This document shows positions 38,715-46,338 of a DNA stretch of 64,000 bases, piece by piece. Positions within the stretch are counted from its first letter, which is position 1. Each line of letters opens with the position of its first letter. The notes beneath the pieces are model-generated. The model saw only the letters and a program-made list of their open reading frames with translations, searched no databases and was not told where the DNA came from. Source of the DNA: Candidatus Altiarchaeales archaeon (lineage in GTDB: Archaea; Altiarchaeota; Altiarchaeia; IMC4; SCGC-AAA252-I15); the NCBI GenBank assembly GCA_014727915.1, contig WJMO01000005.1:256001-320000 (forward strand), in the 5' to 3' direction. Made by a program: the position numbers and the translations under genes.

Positions 38715-39483
38715 GATCACTACTGCGGGGCAGGTTATCGGGGTCATCTCCGCTGGCATGGCTCTCATGAGCTCGCTGGTCCGGCATGCGGTATTGGACA
38801 AGGACAAGCTCAAATCCCAGAAGTTGAAGCTCAAGGAGAAGCAGTCGCTGATGAAGGAGGCTCAGAAGAGCAAGGACATGAAGGCCATGCAGAAGCACCA
38901 GAAGGAGATGATGGACCTCTCTATGGAGCAGATGCGCCACGGTATGAAGCCCATGATATTCACCATAATACCCTTCATACTCGTGTTCGGGTGGCTTCGC
39001 GGAACATATGGCGTTGCAGGCTATATCTACAATGTCTCCGTCACTGATTCACTGCCTCCTGGCATCGAATTCTCCGGCGTTGAAGCGGGGGACGGGAACT
39101 ATGTTAAGCCGACCCGTCAGGTCTCATGGGAGTGGGAGGAGATTAAACCGGGTGAGAAGGGCGAGTTGTCGGTTAATCTGATAGTTGATGGTTCCCCGGA
39201 AGTTGGCGTTTCCGATACTCCGACCGAGGTGGAGTATGTCTTCCCGAACGGTACTGGAGCCTCCTACATGTTAGGCGTCAACGGCGGCAGCTCACAGCTT
39301 GAGGTCGTGAAGACCCAGCCGGAAACCCAAGGTAATAAGCTTACCTACAATATACTCTATGAGAACACCGGATCTGGAACGGTTGCATCGTTATTCGGGT
39401 TCAACCTGTCCTGGTTCTGGTGGTATTTCCTTTGCAGCGTACTGGTTTCGATGATATTAAACAAAGCATTAGGTTTAACATAG
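38707..39483 (+). CDS. DUF106 / Oxa1-superfamily (EMC3/TMCO1-like) membrane protein with an inserted DUF11-like domain
   Basis: TM1, coiled coil, MKPMIFT.IP and C-terminal WFWWYFLCS; sits between adk and rpl34e. Confidence 0.88.
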   Translation: MLEITTAGQVIGVISAGMALMSSLVRHAVLDKDKLKSQKLKLKEKQSLMKEAQKSKDMKAMQKHQKEMMDLSMEQMRHGMKPMIFTIIPFILVFGWLRGTYGVAGYIYNVSVTDSLPPGIEFSGVEAGDGNYVKPTRQVSWEWEEIKPGEKGELSVNLIVDGSPEVGVSDTPTEVEYVFPNGTGASYMLGVNGGSSQLEVVKTQPETQGNKLTYNILYENTGSGTVASLFGFNLSWFWWYFLCSVLVSMILNKALGLT

Positions 39484-39492
39484 GAGGATAAA

Positions 39493-39963
39493 ATGGTAGC
39501 GCCAAGCAAGCGAACAAGGTCTACGAAGAAGGTTAGGCGTAAGACACCCGGCGGGAAGAACACCACCCTCTTCAGGAGGGCGAAGTCCGCCAAGCCCAGA
39601 TGCGGGAGATGCGGAAAGCAGCTGTCAGGTATGGCATCAGGCACTGCGACGGAGATGAAGTCATTCAACAAGAGTTCTAAGGTGCCTGCGAGGCCGTATG
39701 CGGGCGTCCTATGCACCGACTGCCTTGACGGTCTGGTCAGGTATGTCACGCGCATGGAGGCCAAGCACAAGGAGTCTGCTTTCGCCGACCTTAACCTTCA
39801 GAGGGATTTGACCCTTGAGAAGTATCTCCCGAGGGGATGGTGGGGTGAGGTCTCCGCTGGTAAGGTGTCCGTGAAGAAGGACGGTAAGAAGCCGGCCGGG
39901 AAGAGGACCGACTCCAAGTCAAAAGCCAAGACCGTCAAGAAGAAGGCCAAGAAAAAGGCTTAA
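39493..39963 (+). CDS. rpl34e: 50S ribosomal protein L34e with a C-terminal extension
   Basis: RKTPGG, CGRCGKQL and RPYAGVLCTDC motifs. Confidence 0.92.
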   Translation: MVAPSKRTRSTKKVRRKTPGGKNTTLFRRAKSAKPRCGRCGKQLSGMASGTATEMKSFNKSSKVPARPYAGVLCTDCLDGLVRYVTRMEAKHKESAFADLNLQRDLTLEKYLPRGWWGEVSAGKVSVKKDGKKPAGKRTDSKSKAKTVKKKAKKKA

Positions 39964-39979
39964 AATCCTTTCAGGGTTT

Positions 39980-40507
39980 ATGATGATAGTCACCGTCGGT
40001 GGTTCAGCCGCTTCGGGCAAGTCCACCCTCGCAGGGGCTTTAGCTGAGCGGCTGGGATTCAACCATGTCTCCGCAGGCCAGGTCATGCGTGACATGGCCG
40101 CTGAGAAGGGGATGTCATTGGTTGAGTTCTCCAAATACGCGGAGGAACACCCTGAAGTCGACCGTGAGATTGACATGCGGCAGAAGGAGCTTGCAGTCGG
40201 GGATTCTGTCGTTGACGGAAGGCTGTCAAGGTATTTCCTAGAGCCTGACGTGTCCATATGGCTAACTGCCCCAGTTGATGTCAGGGCTGAGCGTGTCCTC
40301 GGCCGGGGTGAGAAGTACGAGTCCGTCAGCGCCGCTAGGAAGGACATCATCGAGCGGGATTCCAGCGAGCGCAGGCGTTACCTGGAATTCTACGATATCG
40401 ACCTGGACGACCTGAGCCAATACGATCTCGTGCTGAACACGGGCAGGTTCAACATCGAGCAGATGACCTCTCTGGCTTCGGCGGCCGTGGATTCTTTAAG
40501 GAATTAG
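39980..40507 (+). CDS. cmk: Cytidylate kinase (archaeal type)
   Basis: GSAASGKST, SAGQVMR, DGRLS, RRYLEFYDID and YDLVLNT motifs. Confidence 0.93.
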   Translation: MMIVTVGGSAASGKSTLAGALAERLGFNHVSAGQVMRDMAAEKGMSLVEFSKYAEEHPEVDREIDMRQKELAVGDSVVDGRLSRYFLEPDVSIWLTAPVDVRAERVLGRGEKYESVSAARKDIIERDSSERRRYLEFYDIDLDDLSQYDLVLNTGRFNIEQMTSLASAAVDSLRN

Positions 40508-40525
40508 TTCAATTCTTTTAATGTC

Positions 40526-41101
40526 ATGGACGGCGGGCAGGATTTTCTGATGAAGCGCCTTATCTCGATGGCCAGGCTCACCGCAGACCCCAGCACGCTC
40601 ATCAGGACAATATACGAGGAGGAGCAGCGTAACCCCGACAACCACATGGTCTACGTGCTCAAGGGTTGGGCTCAGTCGGGGATGGGAAAGAATACCGCTG
40701 CTCTGGAGTCCTTTGACCGTGCCATAGAGTTGAATCCCCGGAGTGCATGGGGGTATTATGGGAAGGGCGAAGCTTTGAGGGAGCTCAGGAGGTTTGATGA
40801 GGCTTTGAAGTGCTTCTCGCGGGCTGTTGAGCTGAAGCCCCGCAGGGCTGATTTCTGGCTTAGCAAGGGTTTTATGGAAGAGGAGGTTGGCATGCTGAAG
40901 GCAGCCGGGGAATCCTTCAAAAAGGCGATTAGCTTGGGGGATAGGAGTGGTTGGGCCCAGTATGGTCAGTCCAGGCTTCTCGTCTATGAGGAGAGGCTGG
41001 AGGAGGCGCTTGACGAGTGCAGGAACGCTATGCAGTTGAGCCCTGACGAGGAGGAGTTCAAGATGCATGAGGCCTTCATCCTGGACCTGATCAAGGATTA
41101 G
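40526..41101 (+). CDS. Tetratricopeptide repeat protein
   Basis: Canonical TPRs (FDRAIELNP, FSRAVELKP). Confidence 0.9.
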   Translation: MDGGQDFLMKRLISMARLTADPSTLIRTIYEEEQRNPDNHMVYVLKGWAQSGMGKNTAALESFDRAIELNPRSAWGYYGKGEALRELRRFDEALKCFSRAVELKPRRADFWLSKGFMEEEVGMLKAAGESFKKAISLGDRSGWAQYGQSRLLVYEERLEEALDECRNAMQLSPDEEEFKMHEAFILDLIKD

Positions 41102-41125
41102 GTTCTTTTATTTTGTCCAAGCTAA

Positions 41126-41614
41126 ATGTTTAACAAGATGAGAGTGAAGTTGAGGGGTCAGGGTTCGCTTGAGTTCATCATGACCTACGGTTGGGTCCTG
41201 CTCGTGCTCTTGGTCGTTGTCGTGGTCATGTGGCAGTGGGGTTTGTTCGACATAGGCGCTAGTGTCGATCCCGGCAGCTTTGGGTTCTGGGGGTTGGTCG
41301 TGGCCCAGGGCAACGAGTTCATACTGGACGAGTCCGGCAGCCTGCAGGTGAGCTTGCTCAACAACATCGGATACAACATCACATTGTTCAACTATTCGGC
41401 TACCATCGATGGCGTCTACAAGCAGTGCGAGGCGTGCACGCCGTTGGTCATCGAACCCGGCGAGAACGAGGTCATACAGTTGGACCATTTCGAATGGGGC
41501 CGGCCCTCCGGCAAGAGGTTCGACGCATTTCTCGTTCTCCAGTACAATGACAGCCGAACCGGCGGGGAAGTCTACCAGAGCTCCGGACGCATATGGGGCA
41601 ACGCAGAGCTATAG
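41126..41614 (+). CDS. Class III signal peptide (type IV pilin-like) protein
   Basis: KLRG/QGSLEFIMTYGW followed by a hydrophobic helix. Confidence 0.9.
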   Translation: MFNKMRVKLRGQGSLEFIMTYGWVLLVLLVVVVVMWQWGLFDIGASVDPGSFGFWGLVVAQGNEFILDESGSLQVSLLNNIGYNITLFNYSATIDGVYKQCEACTPLVIEPGENEVIQLDHFEWGRPSGKRFDAFLVLQYNDSRTGGEVYQSSGRIWGNAEL

Positions 41615-41624
41615 GGCTTCTGGC

Positions 41625-42950
41625 TCACTGATTAACCGCTTTCCTGCAGGCTTCCTTGAATATCTCGGTGAGTGTGGGGTGGGGGTGTATTGTCGCGGCA
41701 ACATCCGACGCTTTCAGCTTCATCTTCACAGCCAATGATGCCTCTCCTATCAGGTCTGAGGCGTGGGCTCCGATCATGTGCACGCCCACTATGACGCCCT
41801 CGCCATCAACTACTACCTTGCAGAATCCTGATCTTTCGCCCATGCAACGTGCCTTCCCGTTGCTGATGTAGTCTGCCCTCCCAACCTTGCATCCGCTGCC
41901 TGCCTCGTCCTCTGTAACCCCTACCCTGCCGATCTCGGGTAGTGTGAACACGCACCATGGCACGGCATCATAGTCCACTTCATCATCCAATCCCATTATG
42001 TTCTTGGCTGCAGTTTCAGCGCCGGCGTAGGCCACGTGGGCCAGCTTATAGCTCCCTCCCGTGACGTCTCCAACTGCGTATACGCCCTTCACGCTCGTTT
42101 CCATGCGTGGGTTGACTTTGACTCCGTCCTCTCCGACTTCAACCCCTAATTCCCCGACTCCCTCAGGGATGTTGGGTTTCCTGCCCACAGCCAACAGTAT
42201 CCTATCTGCTTTGATGTCTTCTCCGCCGACTTTCACCGTCTTACTATCCCTGTCGGCGGATTCGACTTTCACATCCTTCACTATCCTGACATCCTTTGAG
42301 AGTATACTCTCCAACTCCTTTGATATCTCACTGTCCTCTGCTGCGAGAATCCTGGGCAGCGCCTCCACCAATGTGACGTTGCATCCGAGCTTCCCGTATA
42401 TTGCCGCGTACTCGCATCCTATGAACCCGCCTCCCACGACCACTATGTCCTCTGTGAACTCATTTGACGTGGCTGCGTCATCCCCGGATATAATGTACTC
42501 CCCGTCCAACTCCAGGCCTGGAAGGCCTGTGGGCTTCGAACCAGACGCCAGCACGATGTTTTCGCATTCCAGGGTCATGCCCCCGGCTTCCACCTCGTTT
42601 GCCGACTTGACCCTGGCGTCTCCTTTTACGATTTCAACCCCCGTCTCCTCTAAAATCTTCTCTATCCCTTTCCTGAGGGTGAGTGCGACGCGGTCACGGC
42701 GTTTGAGCATCTTACCCACGTCTGTTTTCACATTGTTCGCTTCTATCCCGTGTTGTGCGGCTTTCCTGACGGCTTCAACGGCCTCGCAGCTGGCAGCCAA
42801 TGCCTTCGTGGGTATGCATCCCCTGTTCGTGCACACTCCCCCTAACTCGCTTTTTTCAACGACGGCTGCTTTGCCTCCCAGCTTGTGTATCCATAGGGCG
42901 CATTCGTAGCCTCCCGGTCCCCCGCCTATTATCACAGCATCGTATCTCAT
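41625..42950 (-). CDS. lpdA: Dihydrolipoamide dehydrogenase
   Basis: GGGPGG, GGVCTNRGCIPTK, GGGFIGCE, LAHVA and HPHPTLTE motifs. Confidence 0.95.
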   Translation of the reverse strand: MRYDAVIIGGGPGGYECALWIHKLGGKAAVVEKSELGGVCTNRGCIPTKALAASCEAVEAVRKAAQHGIEANNVKTDVGKMLKRRDRVALTLRKGIEKILEETGVEIVKGDARVKSANEVEAGGMTLECENIVLASGSKPTGLPGLELDGEYIISGDDAATSNEFTEDIVVVGGGFIGCEYAAIYGKLGCNVTLVEALPRILAAEDSEISKELESILSKDVRIVKDVKVESADRDSKTVKVGGEDIKADRILLAVGRKPNIPEGVGELGVEVGEDGVKVNPRMETSVKGVYAVGDVTGGSYKLAHVAYAGAETAAKNIMGLDDEVDYDAVPWCVFTLPEIGRVGVTEDEAGSGCKVGRADYISNGKARCMGERSGFCKVVVDGEGVIVGVHMIGAHASDLIGEASLAVKMKLKASDVAATIHPHPTLTEIFKEACRKAVNQ

Positions 42951-43699
42951 CTTTTGTTGTTCCAGTCAACGGTCGAATACTTGTTCTCCGAGAGAGCTTC
43001 GGCCTTCATCCTCTCCTCCCCTGTCGGCCTGCCCTTCTTAAGATCCAGCTTCAACGACTTAGCGAAACCTTTCCGGAACGCCGTCGAAGCCTTATCAAAT
43101 GTGATCTCACGATTTAAAACGTGTTTCACGGAGGTCACCCGCTCCTTAACTGCCTTGACCGCCTTGTCCCTCATCTTCTCATCCGATACCCTCAGGAGTT
43201 TGAACATCCTCTCCGCATCCACGTCCAAGAGGACGGTCCCATGCTGTAGCACGCAGTTCATCCTGCGTGTCTGGGCGTTGCCGCTGATCTTCCTGCCTCC
43301 TGTGATTATGTCGTTCAAGGGGGCGAACTCAGCGTCTATGCCCAATTCTTTGAAACCTCCTATGAGGCCTGAGCATATCAGCCTGTAGGATTCGAGAACG
43401 TCCTTTGGCACCGTGTCCTCTGGGGATATGAAGCTGTATGTCAGCTCAGTGTCGTGGTATACTGCTCCCCCGCCGGTTATTCGCCTTACCACGTCAACGC
43501 CTTCCTCAAAACAACTGTCAAGATCCACTTCCTCCCGCAGGCTCTGGAAGTATCCTATCGAGACGGTGGCTGGCTCCCATCCGTAGAACCTTAGCGTGGG
43601 TGGGCTGTTGCCCTGGCTCACCTCTTCCAGCACGGCTTCGTCCAATCCCATGTTCCAGTATCCTGGGTTGTGTCCTGTCTCCAATAGCCTGCACTTCAC
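42947..43699 (-). CDS. lplA: Lipoate-protein ligase catalytic subunit
   Basis: NMGLDEA, RRITGGGAVYHD, KISGNAQ and LQHGT motifs; GTGA overlap with the upstream gene. Confidence 0.92.
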   Translation of the reverse strand: MKCRLLETGHNPGYWNMGLDEAVLEEVSQGNSPPTLRFYGWEPATVSIGYFQSLREEVDLDSCFEEGVDVVRRITGGGAVYHDTELTYSFISPEDTVPKDVLESYRLICSGLIGGFKELGIDAEFAPLNDIITGGRKISGNAQTRRMNCVLQHGTVLLDVDAERMFKLLRVSDEKMRDKAVKAVKERVTSVKHVLNREITFDKASTAFRKGFAKSLKLDLKKGRPTGEERMKAEALSENKYSTVDWNNKR

Positions 43700-43962
43700 T
43701 TCACAGCCTCGCATATGACCTTCACTATCGATTCCGCGTCCACACCGTACAATTCCGCCCCTTCCAGAGCCTTCTTAACGACCTTCCTGACGTCCCCGGC
43801 CTTTATGCCCCTCAGTTGTTCGTCCAGCTCGTCCATCCTGGACTCGGGGTGCATGAAGAAGTCGCCTGTTACCTTGGCCTTTAGTATCCTGCCATTCTCG
43901 TGTCTGACATCTGCTTTCAATAGCTTGCCTCCCGGAACCTTCAAAATGGCCTTTCCCCTCAT
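43696..43962 (-). CDS. Lipoate-protein ligase accessory (C-terminal domain, LplB-like) subunit
   Basis: KVPGGKL and TGDFFMHPE motifs. Confidence 0.9.
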   Translation of the reverse strand: MRGKAILKVPGGKLLKADVRHENGRILKAKVTGDFFMHPESRMDELDEQLRGIKAGDVRKVVKKALEGAELYGVDAESIVKVICEAVK

Positions 43963-44082
43963 CTTTTTAATATTAATGTGTCCTCTTATTTAACATGGCT
44001 GGACCAATTCTGGGCGTTATCGGCGGATTGGGCGTTGTTAAGGTCGCCGAGCGCGGTATGGAAGAGATCGGGAAGGGATTGG

Positions 44083-44304
44083 ATGATGAAGGGGAAGAAG
44101 ACGAAGACTGAGCCCGAAGTCATCCACTCTCCAAATTCTAAGGTCTGCGTCAGCCCCGGCTGCCCACTTTGCACCCCGTTGGGGCTTGCGCTGTTCCTCG
44201 TCGGATTCATGGTGGTGTTCTACACGGACTGGCCCTACCAGGTGTTTGGGTGGTTGACGCTAGCGTTGGCTTACCTGCAGGCGTGGGTCAAACCACGCTG
44301 GTAG
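44083..44304 (+). CDS. Small membrane protein with a CxxxxCxxC motif
   Basis: CVSPGCPLC followed by two TM helices. Confidence 0.6.
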   Translation: MMKGKKTKTEPEVIHSPNSKVCVSPGCPLCTPLGLALFLVGFMVVFYTDWPYQVFGWLTLALAYLQAWVKPRW

Positions 44305-44305
44305 G

Positions 44306-44917
44306 CTATAGTCCTTCCAGCAGTCCCATGAGCTCTCCAAGAGACTCTATCCTGTGGTCTCCGTCCACTCCTATCCCAACGGTTGTGCACCCCGCAGCCC
44401 CTCCGGCTCCTATGTCTGCTTTGGTGTCACCCACCATGACGGAATCCGACTCTTTCACCCTAACAGCCTTGCAGGCGTGGTGTATCAGGTCAGGCTCCGG
44501 TTTGCCGACTGCCACGTCGTCTCCGCCGAAAACTCCGTCGAACCTCCCAGTCAGGCCTACGGTCTCGAGGGTGAGGTGCATGAGCTCGCGGGGTGTGTTG
44601 GTCACGATGACCTTGAGCTTATTCTTCCTTGATAGGTATTCCAGGACCTCGTCCGTTTCGGGGAACAATGTCACGCTACCTATGTTGTTTGGGAAGAACT
44701 CATCGTATAGTTCCACCAGCTCGCCGGGTGATAGGTTGGGGAAGAACCTACTCACATCCTCCTCCGTCGACTGTCCCAGTATGTCCTGGCAGAACGTCTC
44801 ATAGCCGACTTTGTCCCCACCCGTGTATTCTAGGACGTCGTTGAAGGTCTTATGCCATGCTGGGATGGAGTCGACGAGCGTACCGTCCATGTCGAACAGG
44901 ACTGCTTCGTAGGTCAT
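44306..44917 (-). CDS. HAD-superfamily phosphatase (phosphoglycolate phosphatase-like)
   Basis: FDMDGTLVDS, VTN, KPEP and MVGDTKAD motifs; start at MTYEAV. Confidence 0.93.
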   Translation of the reverse strand: MTYEAVLFDMDGTLVDSIPAWHKTFNDVLEYTGGDKVGYETFCQDILGQSTEEDVSRFFPNLSPGELVELYDEFFPNNIGSVTLFPETDEVLEYLSRKNKLKVIVTNTPRELMHLTLETVGLTGRFDGVFGGDDVAVGKPEPDLIHHACKAVRVKESDSVMVGDTKADIGAGGAAGCTTVGIGVDGDHRIESLGELMGLLEGL

Positions 44918-44954
44918 GGAGAAAGATATGTGTCGTCTTCCATTAAAAGCGTTT

Positions 44955-46304
44955 CTAGTATCCTGCGTCGTGCTTGGCCCACCGCTCCTTCTCGGTGAGT
45001 ATCCTGCTGATCTCCTGGAATACCGGGGGTATGGGCTTCCTGCCCGACTCAACAGCGTTCCTGTTGACTGGCGCCCTCACGATGAGGGCTCCGTCCACGC
45101 CGTAGTCGTTAACTCCTATCCCCGTGGTCTTGCCCACGTTGTAGTCGTTCAACGTGTGTATGTCCGCTCTGGCAAAGCGCCCGGTCGTCAGCGCATGGTC
45201 TCCCTCCATGTCAGCGGTGAAGACTTCGAAGTCCAAATCCATCAGCGGCCGGTATGCCCTGTAGTGGTTGAAGCCTGCGACATCGTCTGTGCGGATGGTG
45301 GTCACCTCCCCTCCCCTCATGACGGTCAGGCTGGCTCCTGGTATGAGCATCCTCGTGTAGGCCATCATCCTCCCGTCGTCCGCCTGCTCGTATACGACAT
45401 CCCTACTATGGTCTATTCTGCTCCTCTTCATCCTCTGAGCCCTATCAAACTCATCCTGTGCCAACGCCGATGACTGGTGGAACAGTGCGGTCAGGCTTGT
45501 CGGCTTTGTCTCGGTTGACTCCACGTCGGGGATGTACCTCCACATTGGTATGTACACCCCTCCCGGGGTATGATTGCGTTGGATAGTCCCAGCTTCCACA
45601 TCTAGTCTGGGAAATTGTATGTCCATGACAGAGCCTCCGCTCAGTCCCCTCACCAGAAGGCGGGTCCTATCCATGTCCTCCCTTCCCCGGTCTCCTCCGA
45701 TCTTTGTTATGTCGACTTTGCCCTCCCTTCCAGCTCCCCTGCTGAACATGTCCAACAGGCTGCCTTGGAAGCCGAGGGCTTGCAGCGATGGATCGTGTCC
45801 CTCTTCGCCGTCTACCACCACCGCCATAGGCACGCCGTCGCAGTGGCAGCTTATCGCATACTCGTCTCCGCCCCCGAGGGAACATATAACAACATCGCTT
45901 TTCCCGGACCTCAGCGGGTACTGGTCTTTGGGAAGCCTTCCCGCCAGGGCGTCAAAGTACCTCCTGGCGCCTCCAACCTCCTCTAACGTGTTCAGGAAAA
46001 GCCTCATGGCAGTCGGATGCCGGTCCATGGCGTGCGCGAACCCGTCCAGTTGTAGCTCTGGCATGCTCTCAACCAAGTCTCTGAGCAAGTGGGTCCTCTC
46101 CCCCCAGACCCCCGGGTGCCCGCTCCTGGAGTCGACCAGGTCGCGGAGGCTATCGCGTGTTGCGTGGAAATGAGCGTTAGGCCTGCTGATCAGACGTGTT
46201 TTCTCGGCGGCATCCTGTCTTGCAACATCTGCTGGCACCTGGCCTTGCTCTTCCTTCCCCCCCTGGCTTTGACCACCCTTTGGTTTCTCTTCCTCTTTTG
46301 CCAT
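44955..46304 (-). CDS. Protein with an insertion-split HPr-like domain plus an unknown C-terminal domain
   Basis: EKTRLISRPNAHFHAT, KSDVVI and SLLDMFSRGAGREGKVDITKIGGD resemble HPr beta1-His15, beta2 and Ser46-beta4. Confidence 0.55.
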   Translation of the reverse strand: MAKEEEKPKGGQSQGGKEEQGQVPADVARQDAAEKTRLISRPNAHFHATRDSLRDLVDSRSGHPGVWGERTHLLRDLVESMPELQLDGFAHAMDRHPTAMRLFLNTLEEVGGARRYFDALAGRLPKDQYPLRSGKSDVVICSLGGGDEYAISCHCDGVPMAVVVDGEEGHDPSLQALGFQGSLLDMFSRGAGREGKVDITKIGGDRGREDMDRTRLLVRGLSGGSVMDIQFPRLDVEAGTIQRNHTPGGVYIPMWRYIPDVESTETKPTSLTALFHQSSALAQDEFDRAQRMKRSRIDHSRDVVYEQADDGRMMAYTRMLIPGASLTVMRGGEVTTIRTDDVAGFNHYRAYRPLMDLDFEVFTADMEGDHALTTGRFARADIHTLNDYNVGKTTGIGVNDYGVDGALIVRAPVNRNAVESGRKPIPPVFQEISRILTEKERWAKHDAGY

Positions 46305-46338
46305 GACCCTTTTATTATTTGGTGAGCTATGTATTAAT

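Noticed and set aside
44918-45052. N-terminal extension of the HAD phosphatase
   Set aside because: It overlaps the end of the upstream gene in another frame; HAD motif I directly follows the Met at 44917.
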